Shown: positions 41,056 through 50,702 of the stretch, piece by piece
How the letters are laid out: every line of letters begins with the position of its first letter
Numbering within the stretch: position 1 is the first letter of the stretch
Virus record (IMG/VR): IMGVR_UViG_3300017950_000006
Coordinates: 25,994-89,993 of that record
DNA: 64,000 nt
Source of the DNA: a virus
Strand: one strand, 5' to 3'
Position numbers and translations under genes: made by a program
Notes under the pieces: model-generated
Told to the model about the DNA's origin: nothing
Database searches by the model: none
The model's input: the letters and a program-made list of their open reading frames with translations, nothing else

Positions 41056-41461
41056 AATATGGAATCCATTTATCGTCTAAATCTTTTTGTAAGCATTTGG
41101 TTGCTAAATCTAGAAACGGTTTATAATCTATTTTGGTTTTATCTTCATTACGTAATGGATCAAAAACAAATATGTTGCTTCTGTTTGTAATGTCTAATTC
41201 ATCTGTATGTATGTTTAAGAACACCGGTTTGTTGGTGTCTAAGACGCATTTTAAAGCGCCTACACTGCATATAACATAGTCAGCACTATCAAACATAGCC
41301 TCTAGGTCTTTCTGGTGCTTATAAGACGTTTTAACAAGGTTTACACGTTCTTGTAACCAATTTGTAAGATGTGTTTCTAATACATTATCGTTAAGAGGCA
41401 ACATCAATACATAACTAAATTTATTTTGGTTTGCATCTTTGAATAATTTTTCAATGTTCAT
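41045..41461 (-). CDS. Hypothetical protein
   Basis: 138-aa ORF overlapping both neighbours in the operon. Confidence 0.5.
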   Translation of the reverse strand: MNIEKLFKDANQNKFSYVLMLPLNDNVLETHLTNWLQERVNLVKTSYKHQKDLEAMFDSADYVICSVGALKCVLDTNKPVFLNIHTDELDITNRSNIFVFDPLRNEDKTKIDYKPFLDLATKCLQKDLDDKWIPYYEV

Positions 41462-42051
41462 TTCTTAATGATTTCTAAATCAAATGTAATTATACTTAGA
41501 GGATTTTCACTTTGATTTGGCGTAGTGCTTATATCAAAATATCCAGGAATAAAATATATTTCACCCTCGGGCATAGGCAAATATGTTTGCCAACTATTAA
41601 GTGCATTTCTATTTTCTATAGGAATACTATTGTAGTAATATTCACTAGCAGGATTATCAACAACTAATCCTCCACTCTTAGGATCACTAGTTACAAAATA
41701 CATACCGGTATAAAAACTTTGGGTATTTTTCTTTTTAGTTAAACACCCACCTGGCATAATACATTGTATCGTCGACCGTGTTATGGCAATATGCTGACCT
41801 TGTTTAATATCAAATTCTTTAAAAATAGTTTTACAGAATTCTTTAATTTCTTCACTTTCACTAATATGCTTAAATGCATTATTAGTTTGGAAGTTGTCTT
41901 TACTTTGCCAAGTGTTAATATGTTGAACATTTGTATTGTTTGATTGCTTTTGGAAATCTTCAACCAGTCGTCCAAACATAGCCTTTACGTCAGCGTGTTT
42001 AGCAAACGTACTGTGATACATAGTGTTTACAAAAATATTCAATTGATCCAT
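41458..42051 (-). CDS. Degenerate 2OG-Fe(II) oxygenase-like protein (TIGR02466-type) lacking metal ligands
   Basis: Scaffold WQS...PGG...G.YFV...G.L...P.EG...F.P...PN aligns with 51225-51860, but the His ligands are absent. TAAGTA-N5-ATG start. Confidence 0.5.
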   Translation of the reverse strand: MDQLNIFVNTMYHSTFAKHADVKAMFGRLVEDFQKQSNNTNVQHINTWQSKDNFQTNNAFKHISESEEIKEFCKTIFKEFDIKQGQHIAITRSTIQCIMPGGCLTKKKNTQSFYTGMYFVTSDPKSGGLVVDNPASEYYYNSIPIENRNALNSWQTYLPMPEGEIYFIPGYFDISTTPNQSENPLSIITFDLEIIKK

Positions 42052-42114
42052 ATACATACTTATTTTACGCTCAAATACGAATAGTCTAGTCTGGCTGAAA
42101 ATGTAAATATCTAC

Positions 42115-42882
42115 ATGAAAGTAGTATTAGTAACAGGTGGTTTTGATCCACTACACTCAGGGCATATTGCCTATCTTAAAGAAGCAAAAAAGTTAGGCGA
42201 CAAACTTATTGTTGGTGTAAACAGTGATGCCTGGCTAACACGCAAGAAAGGCAGACCTTTTATGCCTTTTGAAGAGCGTGTTGCATTAATACGAGAAATG
42301 AAAATTGTAGATAAAGTAATCGGATTTGACGATGCAGATAATTCGGCTTGTCAAGCAATTTTTCATACTCTAAGTACACATGGAGATATCAAACTAATCT
42401 TTGCCAATGGCGGAGATAGAACTAACATAACAACACCTGAATACAAAACATACGGAGATCATCCTCTTGTAGAGTTTGTGTTTGGCGTCGGTGGTGAAGA
42501 TAAAAAGAATAGTAGCAGTTGGATACTCGACGAATGGAAAACACAAAAGACAGAACGTGACTGGGGTTATTGGCGTGTACTAGATGACAAGCCAGAGAAA
42601 GGTTACAAAGTAAAAGAACTTGTAATATACCCAGGAAAAAGTCTTTCTATGCAATGTCACTTTAAACGTAGTGAACAATGGAATATATTAGAAGGAGTTG
42701 TCAAAATGGAAACTGAATACGACGGCAGAACAGATATTGTGCATTTAGAATCACATAATAAACCTTATGAGATTGGTATCGGTGTATGGCACAAAGCCAG
42801 TAATCCAAACGGAGTTAATGCTCATGTATTAGAAATACAAAGAGGCACTGAATGTGTTGAGGAAGATATAGAACGCAGATGA
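42115..42882 (+). CDS. Cytidylyltransferase-like nucleotidyltransferase fused to an MPI-type cupin
   Basis: GGFDPLHSGH, GVNSD.WL.RKKG, FANGGDR, then WG.WRVL, SMQ.H..RSE.W and EIQ.G...EEDI.R. Confidence 0.85.
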   Translation: MKVVLVTGGFDPLHSGHIAYLKEAKKLGDKLIVGVNSDAWLTRKKGRPFMPFEERVALIREMKIVDKVIGFDDADNSACQAIFHTLSTHGDIKLIFANGGDRTNITTPEYKTYGDHPLVEFVFGVGGEDKKNSSSWILDEWKTQKTERDWGYWRVLDDKPEKGYKVKELVIYPGKSLSMQCHFKRSEQWNILEGVVKMETEYDGRTDIVHLESHNKPYEIGIGVWHKASNPNGVNAHVLEIQRGTECVEEDIERR

Positions 42883-43574
42883 CACAAAAAATATACGTAG
42901 GTTACGACACAAGAGAAGACATTGCATGGCAAGTTTGCAAACATAGTATTGAAGTTAATTCTCCAACAGCAGTTGTTGAACCACTTAAACTTACAGAACT
43001 AAGAGAACACGGTTGGTACTGGAGAGACGTAGATAAGTTAGGATCAACTGAATTTACATTTAGTAGATTTTTAATTCCGGAACTAATGAACTTTCAAGGC
43101 TGGGCATTGTTTTGCGATAGCGATATTGTGTTTTTAGAAAATGTAAAAAACTTGTTTGATCAAGCAGATGACAAATATGCAGTCATGTGTGCAAAGCACG
43201 ACTATACACCTAAACCTGGAATCAAAATGGATGGCCAAACACAAACTGTTTATCCACGTAAGAATTGGTCAAGCGTTGTGTTATTCAACTGTGCTCATCC
43301 AAGTAACCAAGCACTTACTACAGAATTAGTTAATAATCCTCAAACCACAGGCAAGTACTTGCATAGATTTAGTTGGCTAAAAGACGAAGAAATAGGAACA
43401 CTGAGTCATGAGTGGAATTGGCTTGTTGGCTGGTATGAAGAACCGCAAGACGGGACTCCAAAAGCATTACACTATACAGAAGGTGGACCGTGGTTTGAAA
43501 ACTATAGACACTGTGCATATGGAGATGTCTGGAAAAAGTTTCTCACAGATATGATGTACTCAAATGACGATTGA
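42879..43574 (+). CDS. Glycosyltransferase (GT-A, GT8/Cdi-like)
   Basis: GYD.RE, STEFTFSRF, FCDSD, YPRKNWSS, WNWL and HYT.GGPW motifs. Confidence 0.8.
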   Translation: MTQKIYVGYDTREDIAWQVCKHSIEVNSPTAVVEPLKLTELREHGWYWRDVDKLGSTEFTFSRFLIPELMNFQGWALFCDSDIVFLENVKNLFDQADDKYAVMCAKHDYTPKPGIKMDGQTQTVYPRKNWSSVVLFNCAHPSNQALTTELVNNPQTTGKYLHRFSWLKDEEIGTLSHEWNWLVGWYEEPQDGTPKALHYTEGGPWFENYRHCAYGDVWKKFLTDMMYSNDD

Positions 43575-44031
43575 AGAAAAAGTTAAAGACTGGGCATTCG
43601 GCCAATTATCAAAAGTAAGCGAGCAATTTAATAATATGTCTCCTTGCCCTTACGCTAAGGCTACCTTTGTTAATGATAAAGTTTCATTTGTAAAAACAGA
43701 TTACAAAGATTTTTTAGATACAGTTACAAAGGAAACATTAAACTTCACAGGTGAAAAAGATGTTGTAATTGTTTACTCCGAACACAATCCTTTTGGGTTA
43801 GATTATCTTGAAGGTAGTGTAGAAGCAATGAACTTTGCATTAAATCATATGAAAAAAGATATATGGTTATTAGGATTCCATCATGAATGGACAATGGTGT
43901 TTATTCAAAAAATTACAAAACTTGACGATGCCAGTATTGACTTAGAACAAAAGGGGTATTACAATAATTATAACAAAGACCAGTTTGATCATTATGTTGC
44001 AAAAAGAAGAAAATTGAGAGATAGATTATGA
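43564..44031 (+). CDS. Hypothetical protein (PCPYA motif)
   Basis: 155-aa ORF within the operon. Confidence 0.5.
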   Translation: MTIEEKVKDWAFGQLSKVSEQFNNMSPCPYAKATFVNDKVSFVKTDYKDFLDTVTKETLNFTGEKDVVIVYSEHNPFGLDYLEGSVEAMNFALNHMKKDIWLLGFHHEWTMVFIQKITKLDDASIDLEQKGYYNNYNKDQFDHYVAKRRKLRDRL

Positions 44032-44828
44032 GAGACCACTGTTACATAACTGACTCCGAAGATGCTATTATTAAATTATTAATATCCTCGTTTAAGAACA
44101 ATCAACTCATCGGCTATAAAGAACTAGCAACAAAACCTGACAGAGTTCCATTAGTTGTTAGAGGTATGACTGAGCGTAAAGCCATTGAAGTTGCTATTAA
44201 ACAACATAGGGATTTCTATTACATTGATACAGGATATATGGGCAACTTACAAAAAAGAAAAGATTGGCATCGCGTTGTAAAAAATAATGTACAACACACA
44301 ACACCGCGGTATGACTTACCAGATGACCGTTTTAATCAAGCGGCGAGTAGAGATAGATTTACTGGTTGGAAAAAAATGGACGGTCCTATACTACTAGTAA
44401 CTCCTAGTGCAAAACCTTGTAACTATTATAATATTAATAGAGATCAATGGGTAAATGATACCATTATTGAAATTAAAAAATATACTGATAGACCTATTAT
44501 TATTAGAGATAAAGGACTACGTAGAGAACGACTAGGCGATAACAGCGTACCAGCACAGTTGTTAAGAGATAACATTCATTGTTTAGTAACATACAATTCG
44601 ATTGCGGCAACTGAAGCAATTAGTATGGGAGTTCCTGCTATTGCACTTGCCCCAGGTGCGGCAGGAGAGTTATGTACGGACTCAATAAGCAAAATTGAAT
44701 CACCATACTTTCCAGATGAAGATAAAGTTATTGCTTGGCAAAATTGGTTAGCGTATTGCCAATACACAACAACAGAATTACGTACAGGATTAGCACTAGG
44801 AATACAAGAGGATTTAAATTTATGTTAA
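44028..44828 (+). CDS. Putative GT-B / capsule-modification (KpsS/KpsC-like) protein, paralog 1
   Basis: IDTGY, ILLV, TDRPI.IR, VTYNS.AA.EA...GVP and W...LAY.Q motifs. Confidence 0.5.
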   Translation: MRDHCYITDSEDAIIKLLISSFKNNQLIGYKELATKPDRVPLVVRGMTERKAIEVAIKQHRDFYYIDTGYMGNLQKRKDWHRVVKNNVQHTTPRYDLPDDRFNQAASRDRFTGWKKMDGPILLVTPSAKPCNYYNINRDQWVNDTIIEIKKYTDRPIIIRDKGLRRERLGDNSVPAQLLRDNIHCLVTYNSIAATEAISMGVPAIALAPGAAGELCTDSISKIESPYFPDEDKVIAWQNWLAYCQYTTTELRTGLALGIQEDLNLC

Positions 44829-45748
44829 CAGTAGCATCATACATGAAGGTTATTCCACCAGGGAATTCAAATCCTGAAAAACCAGCATTACTAAAAAACT
44901 TTATTACAGGTGTAAATGCATCTGGAGACCGAGGAATTATTTGTCAAACATTTCATCCAATGGATACCGATGTAGCAGTTATTCAAGGCTTTGTCCATGC
45001 TAACAGTAAAAATGTTCCTCATCTTAAATTGCGTAGACAAGTATATGAAAATCAAATGCGAAGAGAAAAGAAGTGTATTATTGTAGACAGTAACTTATTC
45101 CTAGCATATGACCCTAACAATACTAAAACATATCTACGTTACAGTTACGATGGCATTTTTGCAAACACTGGAGATTATTGTTATTCTAAAGAAACCGTAG
45201 ATCCAAAACGATGGGATAAGATAGCAAAGGATTTAAACATTCAAGTTAAACCTTGGCGTATGGCAGATCATGGACATATTCTTATTGCTTGTCAGCGAGA
45301 CGGCGGCTGGAGTATGCAAGGACAAAATGTATTACAATGGTTAGAACAAACAGTTAACAAAATTCGTAAAGTTACAGACTCCCCTATAGTTGTACGTTTT
45401 CATCCAGGGGATAAACGTAGAGATTTATATCCTAGAATGATCAAACATCTTGATGTAATTCCAAGTACAAAGACAACTCTACTACACGACTTACAATCTG
45501 CAAAAGCATTCGTAGGACATAACAGCAGTCCTGGAGTAATTGCGGCAATTGAAGGTGTGCCTGTATTTTTGACAGACGCTGGAAGAAGTCAGGCTAAAGA
45601 TGTTTCTCATTATAATTTTAACGATTTACTTCATCCTAAAGTCTTTGATAGAACAGAATGGTTACAGAAATTAGCAATGTGTCATTGGACTTTAGATGAA
45701 TTAAAAACTGGAGAGTGTTGGCAACATATGAGGAAATTTATCAAATGA
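44822..45748 (+). CDS. Putative GT-B / capsule-modification protein, paralog 2
   Basis: VKPW, ILIACQ, RFHP, HNSS...A.IEGVP and R..WL..LA..HW motifs. Confidence 0.5.
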   Translation: MLTVASYMKVIPPGNSNPEKPALLKNFITGVNASGDRGIICQTFHPMDTDVAVIQGFVHANSKNVPHLKLRRQVYENQMRREKKCIIVDSNLFLAYDPNNTKTYLRYSYDGIFANTGDYCYSKETVDPKRWDKIAKDLNIQVKPWRMADHGHILIACQRDGGWSMQGQNVLQWLEQTVNKIRKVTDSPIVVRFHPGDKRRDLYPRMIKHLDVIPSTKTTLLHDLQSAKAFVGHNSSPGVIAAIEGVPVFLTDAGRSQAKDVSHYNFNDLLHPKVFDRTEWLQKLAMCHWTLDELKTGECWQHMRKFIK

Positions 45749-46572
45749 GAATACTAGTAGTCACAACATTCCATCAAGCAGGCATGGAAGTATACGGCCA
45801 AAGATTTATTGACACGTTTAGTACAAATGTAGATAAGCGTATTGATTTAAGAGTATACGCTGAAAATTGTAATCCAATAGTTCCAGAAGGAGAAGATCGA
45901 ATTGCAATCTTTTCTGCTGAATCCAATCTTCAAAAGTTACAAGCATTTAAACAAAAGTGGAAAGATGTTCCTAAGGCAAATGGAAAATGTCCTCCAGAAA
46001 TTAAAGTCAAACGTCCACGAGATTGGCATAAAGAATTTAAATGGGACGCAATACGCTTTGCCAATAAAGTATATGCTGTATTTGAAGCCTGTCAAGATCC
46101 CGAATATGATCTAGTTGTATGGATGGATGCTGACACAGTTTGTCATAGTCCAATCACGTATGAAAAATTTATTAGTTTCTTTCCTACAAGCACATGGCTA
46201 AGTTATTTAGGTAGAGGACATAAATGGCCCGAGTGTGGATTTTATGGACTGCAAGTTAAGAAGACTGCCTCTAAAGATTTTCTAAAAGAATTTGAACGTG
46301 TCTATGAAGATGCTGATAATGGAATTTTTAGAATGGAAGAGTGGCACGATAGTTATGTATTTGACGAAGTTCTTAAAAAGATTAGAACGACATATCCTGA
46401 GATACACGATTTAAGCGGACATTTAGTTAAAGGAGAAGGGCACCCCCTTATCAATTGCGAACTAGGTGCATACTTTGATCATCTTAAAGGCGGACGTAAA
46501 TCCGAAGGTATGAGTCGCCGTAAAGATCTTTTTAGAGTACGGAAAGAGGCATATTGGCAACAGGTAAAATAA
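45745..46572 (+). CDS. Putative GT-A glycosyltransferase
   Basis: RF..KV.A, WMDAD, ECGF, EWHDS.VF and H.KG motifs. Confidence 0.7.
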   Translation: MRILVVTTFHQAGMEVYGQRFIDTFSTNVDKRIDLRVYAENCNPIVPEGEDRIAIFSAESNLQKLQAFKQKWKDVPKANGKCPPEIKVKRPRDWHKEFKWDAIRFANKVYAVFEACQDPEYDLVVWMDADTVCHSPITYEKFISFFPTSTWLSYLGRGHKWPECGFYGLQVKKTASKDFLKEFERVYEDADNGIFRMEEWHDSYVFDEVLKKIRTTYPEIHDLSGHLVKGEGHPLINCELGAYFDHLKGGRKSEGMSRRKDLFRVRKEAYWQQVK

Positions 46573-47414
46573 AATTCAGTTTGTTTACAGACTATGGAGC
46601 ACTTAATTCAAAAACAGTGTTCCAAGCATTTGCTCAAGGCTGTCAACAGTTAGGACATGATGTTGTTTACAACGACATGAATGCCGACGTTGCTGTTATC
46701 TGGAGTATACTGTGGCATGGAAGAATGACAGCGAATAAAAAAGTTTGGGATCATTTTAGAAATCAAAATAAGAATGTTATAGTATTAGAAGTAGGAGCAT
46801 TGCATAGAAATGTTACATGGAAAGTAGGTATAAATGGAATTAATAGAGACGCTTATTTTGGCGATGTGGGTATGGATAGTAGTCGTGCTGTTGGTCTCGG
46901 TGTTAAATTAAAACCTTGGCAAGATCCAGGAGAACATATATTAATTTGTACACAACATGATAAGAGTAGACAATGGGAAGGACTTCCGCCTATTAGTGAT
47001 TGGGTGTTAGAAGTTATAGATCATATTAGAAGTCAAACCGATCGTTCGGTTATAATTCGCCCGCATCCTAGATGTAAACTTGAAGGTATTCAACACGAGT
47101 TTCCTAATGTTAAATTACAGCATCCGGTTCATATTAACGGTACATATGATGATTTTGATTTAGACTTTAACAATGTGTATGCTATTGTTAATTGGTCTAG
47201 CAATCCTGCTATCCAATCAATCATCGAAGGTGTGCCTGCATATGTAAGTCAACACAGTCTAGCATATGATGTTGGTAATCCTATTTTTGGAGATTACAAT
47301 AATCCAATCAGGCCTGATAGACAACAATGGATTAACGATTTGGTACATACAGAATGGAGTGTACCTGAAATTGCACAAGGTATTCCACAAAAACGCTTGA
47401 CTTCTTTATTATAA
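46554..47414 (+). CDS. Putative GT-B / capsule-modification protein, paralog 3
   Basis: LKPW, ILICTQ, RPHP, NWSS.P....IEGVP and R.QW...L...EW motifs. TTG start with AGAGG SD. Confidence 0.5.
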   Translation: MATGKIKFSLFTDYGALNSKTVFQAFAQGCQQLGHDVVYNDMNADVAVIWSILWHGRMTANKKVWDHFRNQNKNVIVLEVGALHRNVTWKVGINGINRDAYFGDVGMDSSRAVGLGVKLKPWQDPGEHILICTQHDKSRQWEGLPPISDWVLEVIDHIRSQTDRSVIIRPHPRCKLEGIQHEFPNVKLQHPVHINGTYDDFDLDFNNVYAIVNWSSNPAIQSIIEGVPAYVSQHSLAYDVGNPIFGDYNNPIRPDRQQWINDLVHTEWSVPEIAQGIPQKRLTSLL

Positions 47415-47425
47415 GACTGTATACT
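47397..47425 (+). promoter_or_regulatory. Sigma70-type promoter
   Basis: TTGACT-17 nt-TATACT with an extended -10-like TG. Confidence 0.7.
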
Positions 47426-47452
47426 AGTTCATAATAGTAGAGGATTCATTTA

Positions 47453-48730
47453 ATGAAACATAGTTATTCAATAGAGGATTGTCTTGAGTTTCTTGTAGGA
47501 CACTCAATTGTTCCTGGATTACACTGGAAAGATAAACCATTTAATCTCTATAACGAAAATAGAAAGGTACTGTATAGTATCGGTACCCAGGTGTTTAAAG
47601 GAAAAGCATTAACTGATAAACAGCATGAGTTGGTTAAATCCTTGTTGGTTGAATGGTACTCAGATCAATTTAAAGCAGTTGGAATCAATATTGATCATCA
47701 TGTCGACATACTACGTTCAGAATATAGAGTTGTAGATAAAAGTCATTGGGTTAAGAAAACTACTTCAGAAGGAAACACATATATTAGTATACGTTTTCCG
47801 TTTAGTAATAATGCTATTGATCATATTGCTAAAATCAAATCATTAACTAGTGATAGACTTACTCACAAAGAAGATTATGTGTATAAAGATCATATTCATA
47901 GTTTTAGATACAACGAAATTAATGTTTATAAAATAGTTAATATAGCAAATTCATTTGATAATAAGCCTTTTGAGTTTGATGAAGAAGTTATTCAAGACTA
48001 TAATGATATTAAAAAATTTGATACAAACAAAGATGAATATGTTCCTGGCATTTACAATTTAGAATATAAAAACATTCCAACTACATTAGAATCACATCTA
48101 ACCAAACTATATGGCAAACCGTCCGAAAGTAATATCGTAGAACTTTGGGATAAAAGGCGTCTATATGGATTACACTCGTTTGACACTATTGATATTAGTA
48201 ACTATTCAACATTATCAAATAAAATTTTAGAAAGACAAGTTGCAAATATTCAAATTAGATCTGATGTTTGGACACTTGAACAACTGTTTGAATCAATCCG
48301 AGAACTAAATCGATTTCCGTTATTGGTGCTTATTAATGAGGATTATGCATCTGATGAGTTGTCTATGTTTTGGAATGTTGTAAAAGGATTTATAGATAAT
48401 AATGAGGTTTCAGTAACTTTTAGATTGGATAATAAAAATAATGAGGAATTTAACCAATTCATCAGAGATAAGGGATTAAATAATAGTGTAACAAATAAAA
48501 CTAAAATTGTTGTTGCTAATAGAAAGAAAATTTCAAAGCCGGTTATTAAGTCTGAATGGACACCAACGTGTATGTTAACATTTGGTACTTCACGAATCCC
48601 AAATCATATTGTTAATATCTACATGGAAAGTTTTGACTTAAAATTCTTTTATATAAAAGAAGACAGTTTAATATCTAGTACTATGCGTTCAAGACTACGC
48701 AAATACGACGAAGGAATTATTACAATATGA
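47453..48730 (+). CDS. Hypothetical protein
   Basis: 425-aa ORF with GAGG SD, coupled (ATGA) to uvsW. Confidence 0.65.
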   Translation: MKHSYSIEDCLEFLVGHSIVPGLHWKDKPFNLYNENRKVLYSIGTQVFKGKALTDKQHELVKSLLVEWYSDQFKAVGINIDHHVDILRSEYRVVDKSHWVKKTTSEGNTYISIRFPFSNNAIDHIAKIKSLTSDRLTHKEDYVYKDHIHSFRYNEINVYKIVNIANSFDNKPFEFDEEVIQDYNDIKKFDTNKDEYVPGIYNLEYKNIPTTLESHLTKLYGKPSESNIVELWDKRRLYGLHSFDTIDISNYSTLSNKILERQVANIQIRSDVWTLEQLFESIRELNRFPLLVLINEDYASDELSMFWNVVKGFIDNNEVSVTFRLDNKNNEEFNQFIRDKGLNNSVTNKTKIVVANRKKISKPVIKSEWTPTCMLTFGTSRIPNHIVNIYMESFDLKFFYIKEDSLISSTMRSRLRKYDEGIITI

Positions 48731-50187
48731 CAACTTGCAGAATAGTTTTACAAGACGAAGTAAATCTAAAAATTGAAGGACTTGAAGTAGATGTTCGGAG
48801 AAAGATTGCGAACAAACTAAAGTTTCAAGTTCCTTATGCTCGTTATTTGCCTCAATATAAACTAGGTAGATGGGACGGAACTGTAGGCTTCTTTGGTTTA
48901 GGTGGCAGTGGTTATATTAATCACTTGGATGTTATTCTTCGAGTTCTACAAGAACAAGGTGTAGAAGTTGGGGATATTCAAGACAACAGAGAAAAACATA
49001 ATTTAAGTTTTCCACAAGTAACAGAACGATACTGGGCAGACCAAGGCGTTGTATGGCCTAAAGGTCATCCAGCAGAAGGCGAAGATATTATTCTGCGTGA
49101 CTATCAAGTAGAAGCAGTTAATAACTTTTTAAAAAATCCACAAAGTCTACAAGAGATTGCTACAGGTGCAGGTAAAACTATTACAACTGCTACACTATCT
49201 CATCTATGTGAACCATACGGACGTAGTCTTGTAATTGTGCCTAACAAATCACTTGTTACACAAACAGAAGAAGATTATATTAACTGCGGACTAGACGCAG
49301 GTGTTTACTTTGGAGACCGAAAAGAACTAGGCAAAACTCATACTATCTGCACTTGGCAATCACTAAACATATTAGATAAGAAAAGCAAAAACGGTGAAGA
49401 CGTCCTTACACTTGCAGAATTTTTAGATGGTGTTAGTGCTATTATTGTAGACGAAGTACACCAAGCAAAAGCAGATGTACTTAAAAAACTACTAACACAA
49501 AACTTAAAAAATGCTCCAATACGTTGGGGACTAACTGGAACTATTCCAAAAGAACAATTTGAATTTCAAAGTATTCTTGCAAGTCTCGGACCGGTTGTAG
49601 GAAGTATTACTGCAAAAGAACTACAAGACAAGGGTGTATTATCTGATTGTCACGTCAATGTTGTACAAATGATTGATACTCAAGTACACACTGACTATCA
49701 GAGCGAATTAAAATATCTTGTTACTAACAAAGACAGGATTGAGTATATAGGCAAACTTCTTAACAATATAAAACAAACAGGCAACACTCTAATTTTAGTA
49801 GATAGAATTAGTGCAGGCGAAATGTTACAAGAAATTATTCCAAACTCAACTTTTGTAAAGGGTGATGTTAAATTAAAAGATCGAAAAGAAACTTATGATA
49901 CAATTAAAGAAGGTACCAATGAGGTTATTATCGCTACTTATGGGGTTGCCGCTGTTGGCATTAATATTCCTCGTATTTTTAATTTGGTACTTATTGAACC
50001 CGGGAAAAGTTTTGTCCGAGTTATTCAAAGCATTGGGCGTGGAGTAAGAAAGGCAAAGGATAAAGATTTCGTACAAATATGGGATATAACTTCAACTTGT
50101 AAGTATGCAAAGAGGCATCTTACTGAACGTAAAAAGTTTTACAAAGAAGCACAATATCCATTCACAATAGAAAAAGTAGATTGGTAA
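48727..50187 (+). CDS. uvsW: SF2 DNA helicase, UvsW-like
   Basis: LRDYQ, ATGAGKT, DEVH, GLTGT and QSIGR..R motifs. Confidence 0.9.
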   Translation: MTTCRIVLQDEVNLKIEGLEVDVRRKIANKLKFQVPYARYLPQYKLGRWDGTVGFFGLGGSGYINHLDVILRVLQEQGVEVGDIQDNREKHNLSFPQVTERYWADQGVVWPKGHPAEGEDIILRDYQVEAVNNFLKNPQSLQEIATGAGKTITTATLSHLCEPYGRSLVIVPNKSLVTQTEEDYINCGLDAGVYFGDRKELGKTHTICTWQSLNILDKKSKNGEDVLTLAEFLDGVSAIIVDEVHQAKADVLKKLLTQNLKNAPIRWGLTGTIPKEQFEFQSILASLGPVVGSITAKELQDKGVLSDCHVNVVQMIDTQVHTDYQSELKYLVTNKDRIEYIGKLLNNIKQTGNTLILVDRISAGEMLQEIIPNSTFVKGDVKLKDRKETYDTIKEGTNEVIIATYGVAAVGINIPRIFNLVLIEPGKSFVRVIQSIGRGVRKAKDKDFVQIWDITSTCKYAKRHLTERKKFYKEAQYPFTIEKVDW

Positions 50188-50195
50188 GGAGATAC

Positions 50196-50702
50196 ATGAA
50201 TATACTAACATTAGATAATAAATCATTTTCTTTAAACAACTTGCCTGAACAAATCGAAGAAGACATTAGATTCAGTGTTTTGGATAATAGTAATCCAAAA
50301 GAACCTGACTTCTTTTTTATTCCTTTGATTTTTTTGGAGTCATTTAGTTCACCTGCGATTGTTTTAGAAATTGCAGGAAAAGAAGTGAGTATGCCATTAG
50401 ATTGGCATATTGCAGTAGGAGATAGTTCAAGTGGAAACGACTTAGAAGTTCTTCCACTAACATCAATTAACGATAGAGGATTTGAAGCATTCGTCTTTAA
50501 TCCATTAACAAGTTTCAAACCAGACTTTGCAGAATTAAAAGTTATTAATTTTTACAATGATGTGAAGTGGCACGTACCAAAAACTAAAAACGGACAACTA
50601 CTAAGTGTTCCTATTACAGACGGCGATGATCCGTTCTGTGCATTCTTTATTAAAGACATTAGTAGACAGATTGAAACTATTGATTACGGAGAACTGTTTT
50701 AA
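50196..50702 (+). CDS. Hypothetical protein
   Basis: Beta-rich ORF with AGGAG SD before the ATG at 50196. Confidence 0.6.
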   Translation: MNILTLDNKSFSLNNLPEQIEEDIRFSVLDNSNPKEPDFFFIPLIFLESFSSPAIVLEIAGKEVSMPLDWHIAVGDSSSGNDLEVLPLTSINDRGFEAFVFNPLTSFKPDFAELKVINFYNDVKWHVPKTKNGQLLSVPITDGDDPFCAFFIKDISRQIETIDYGELF

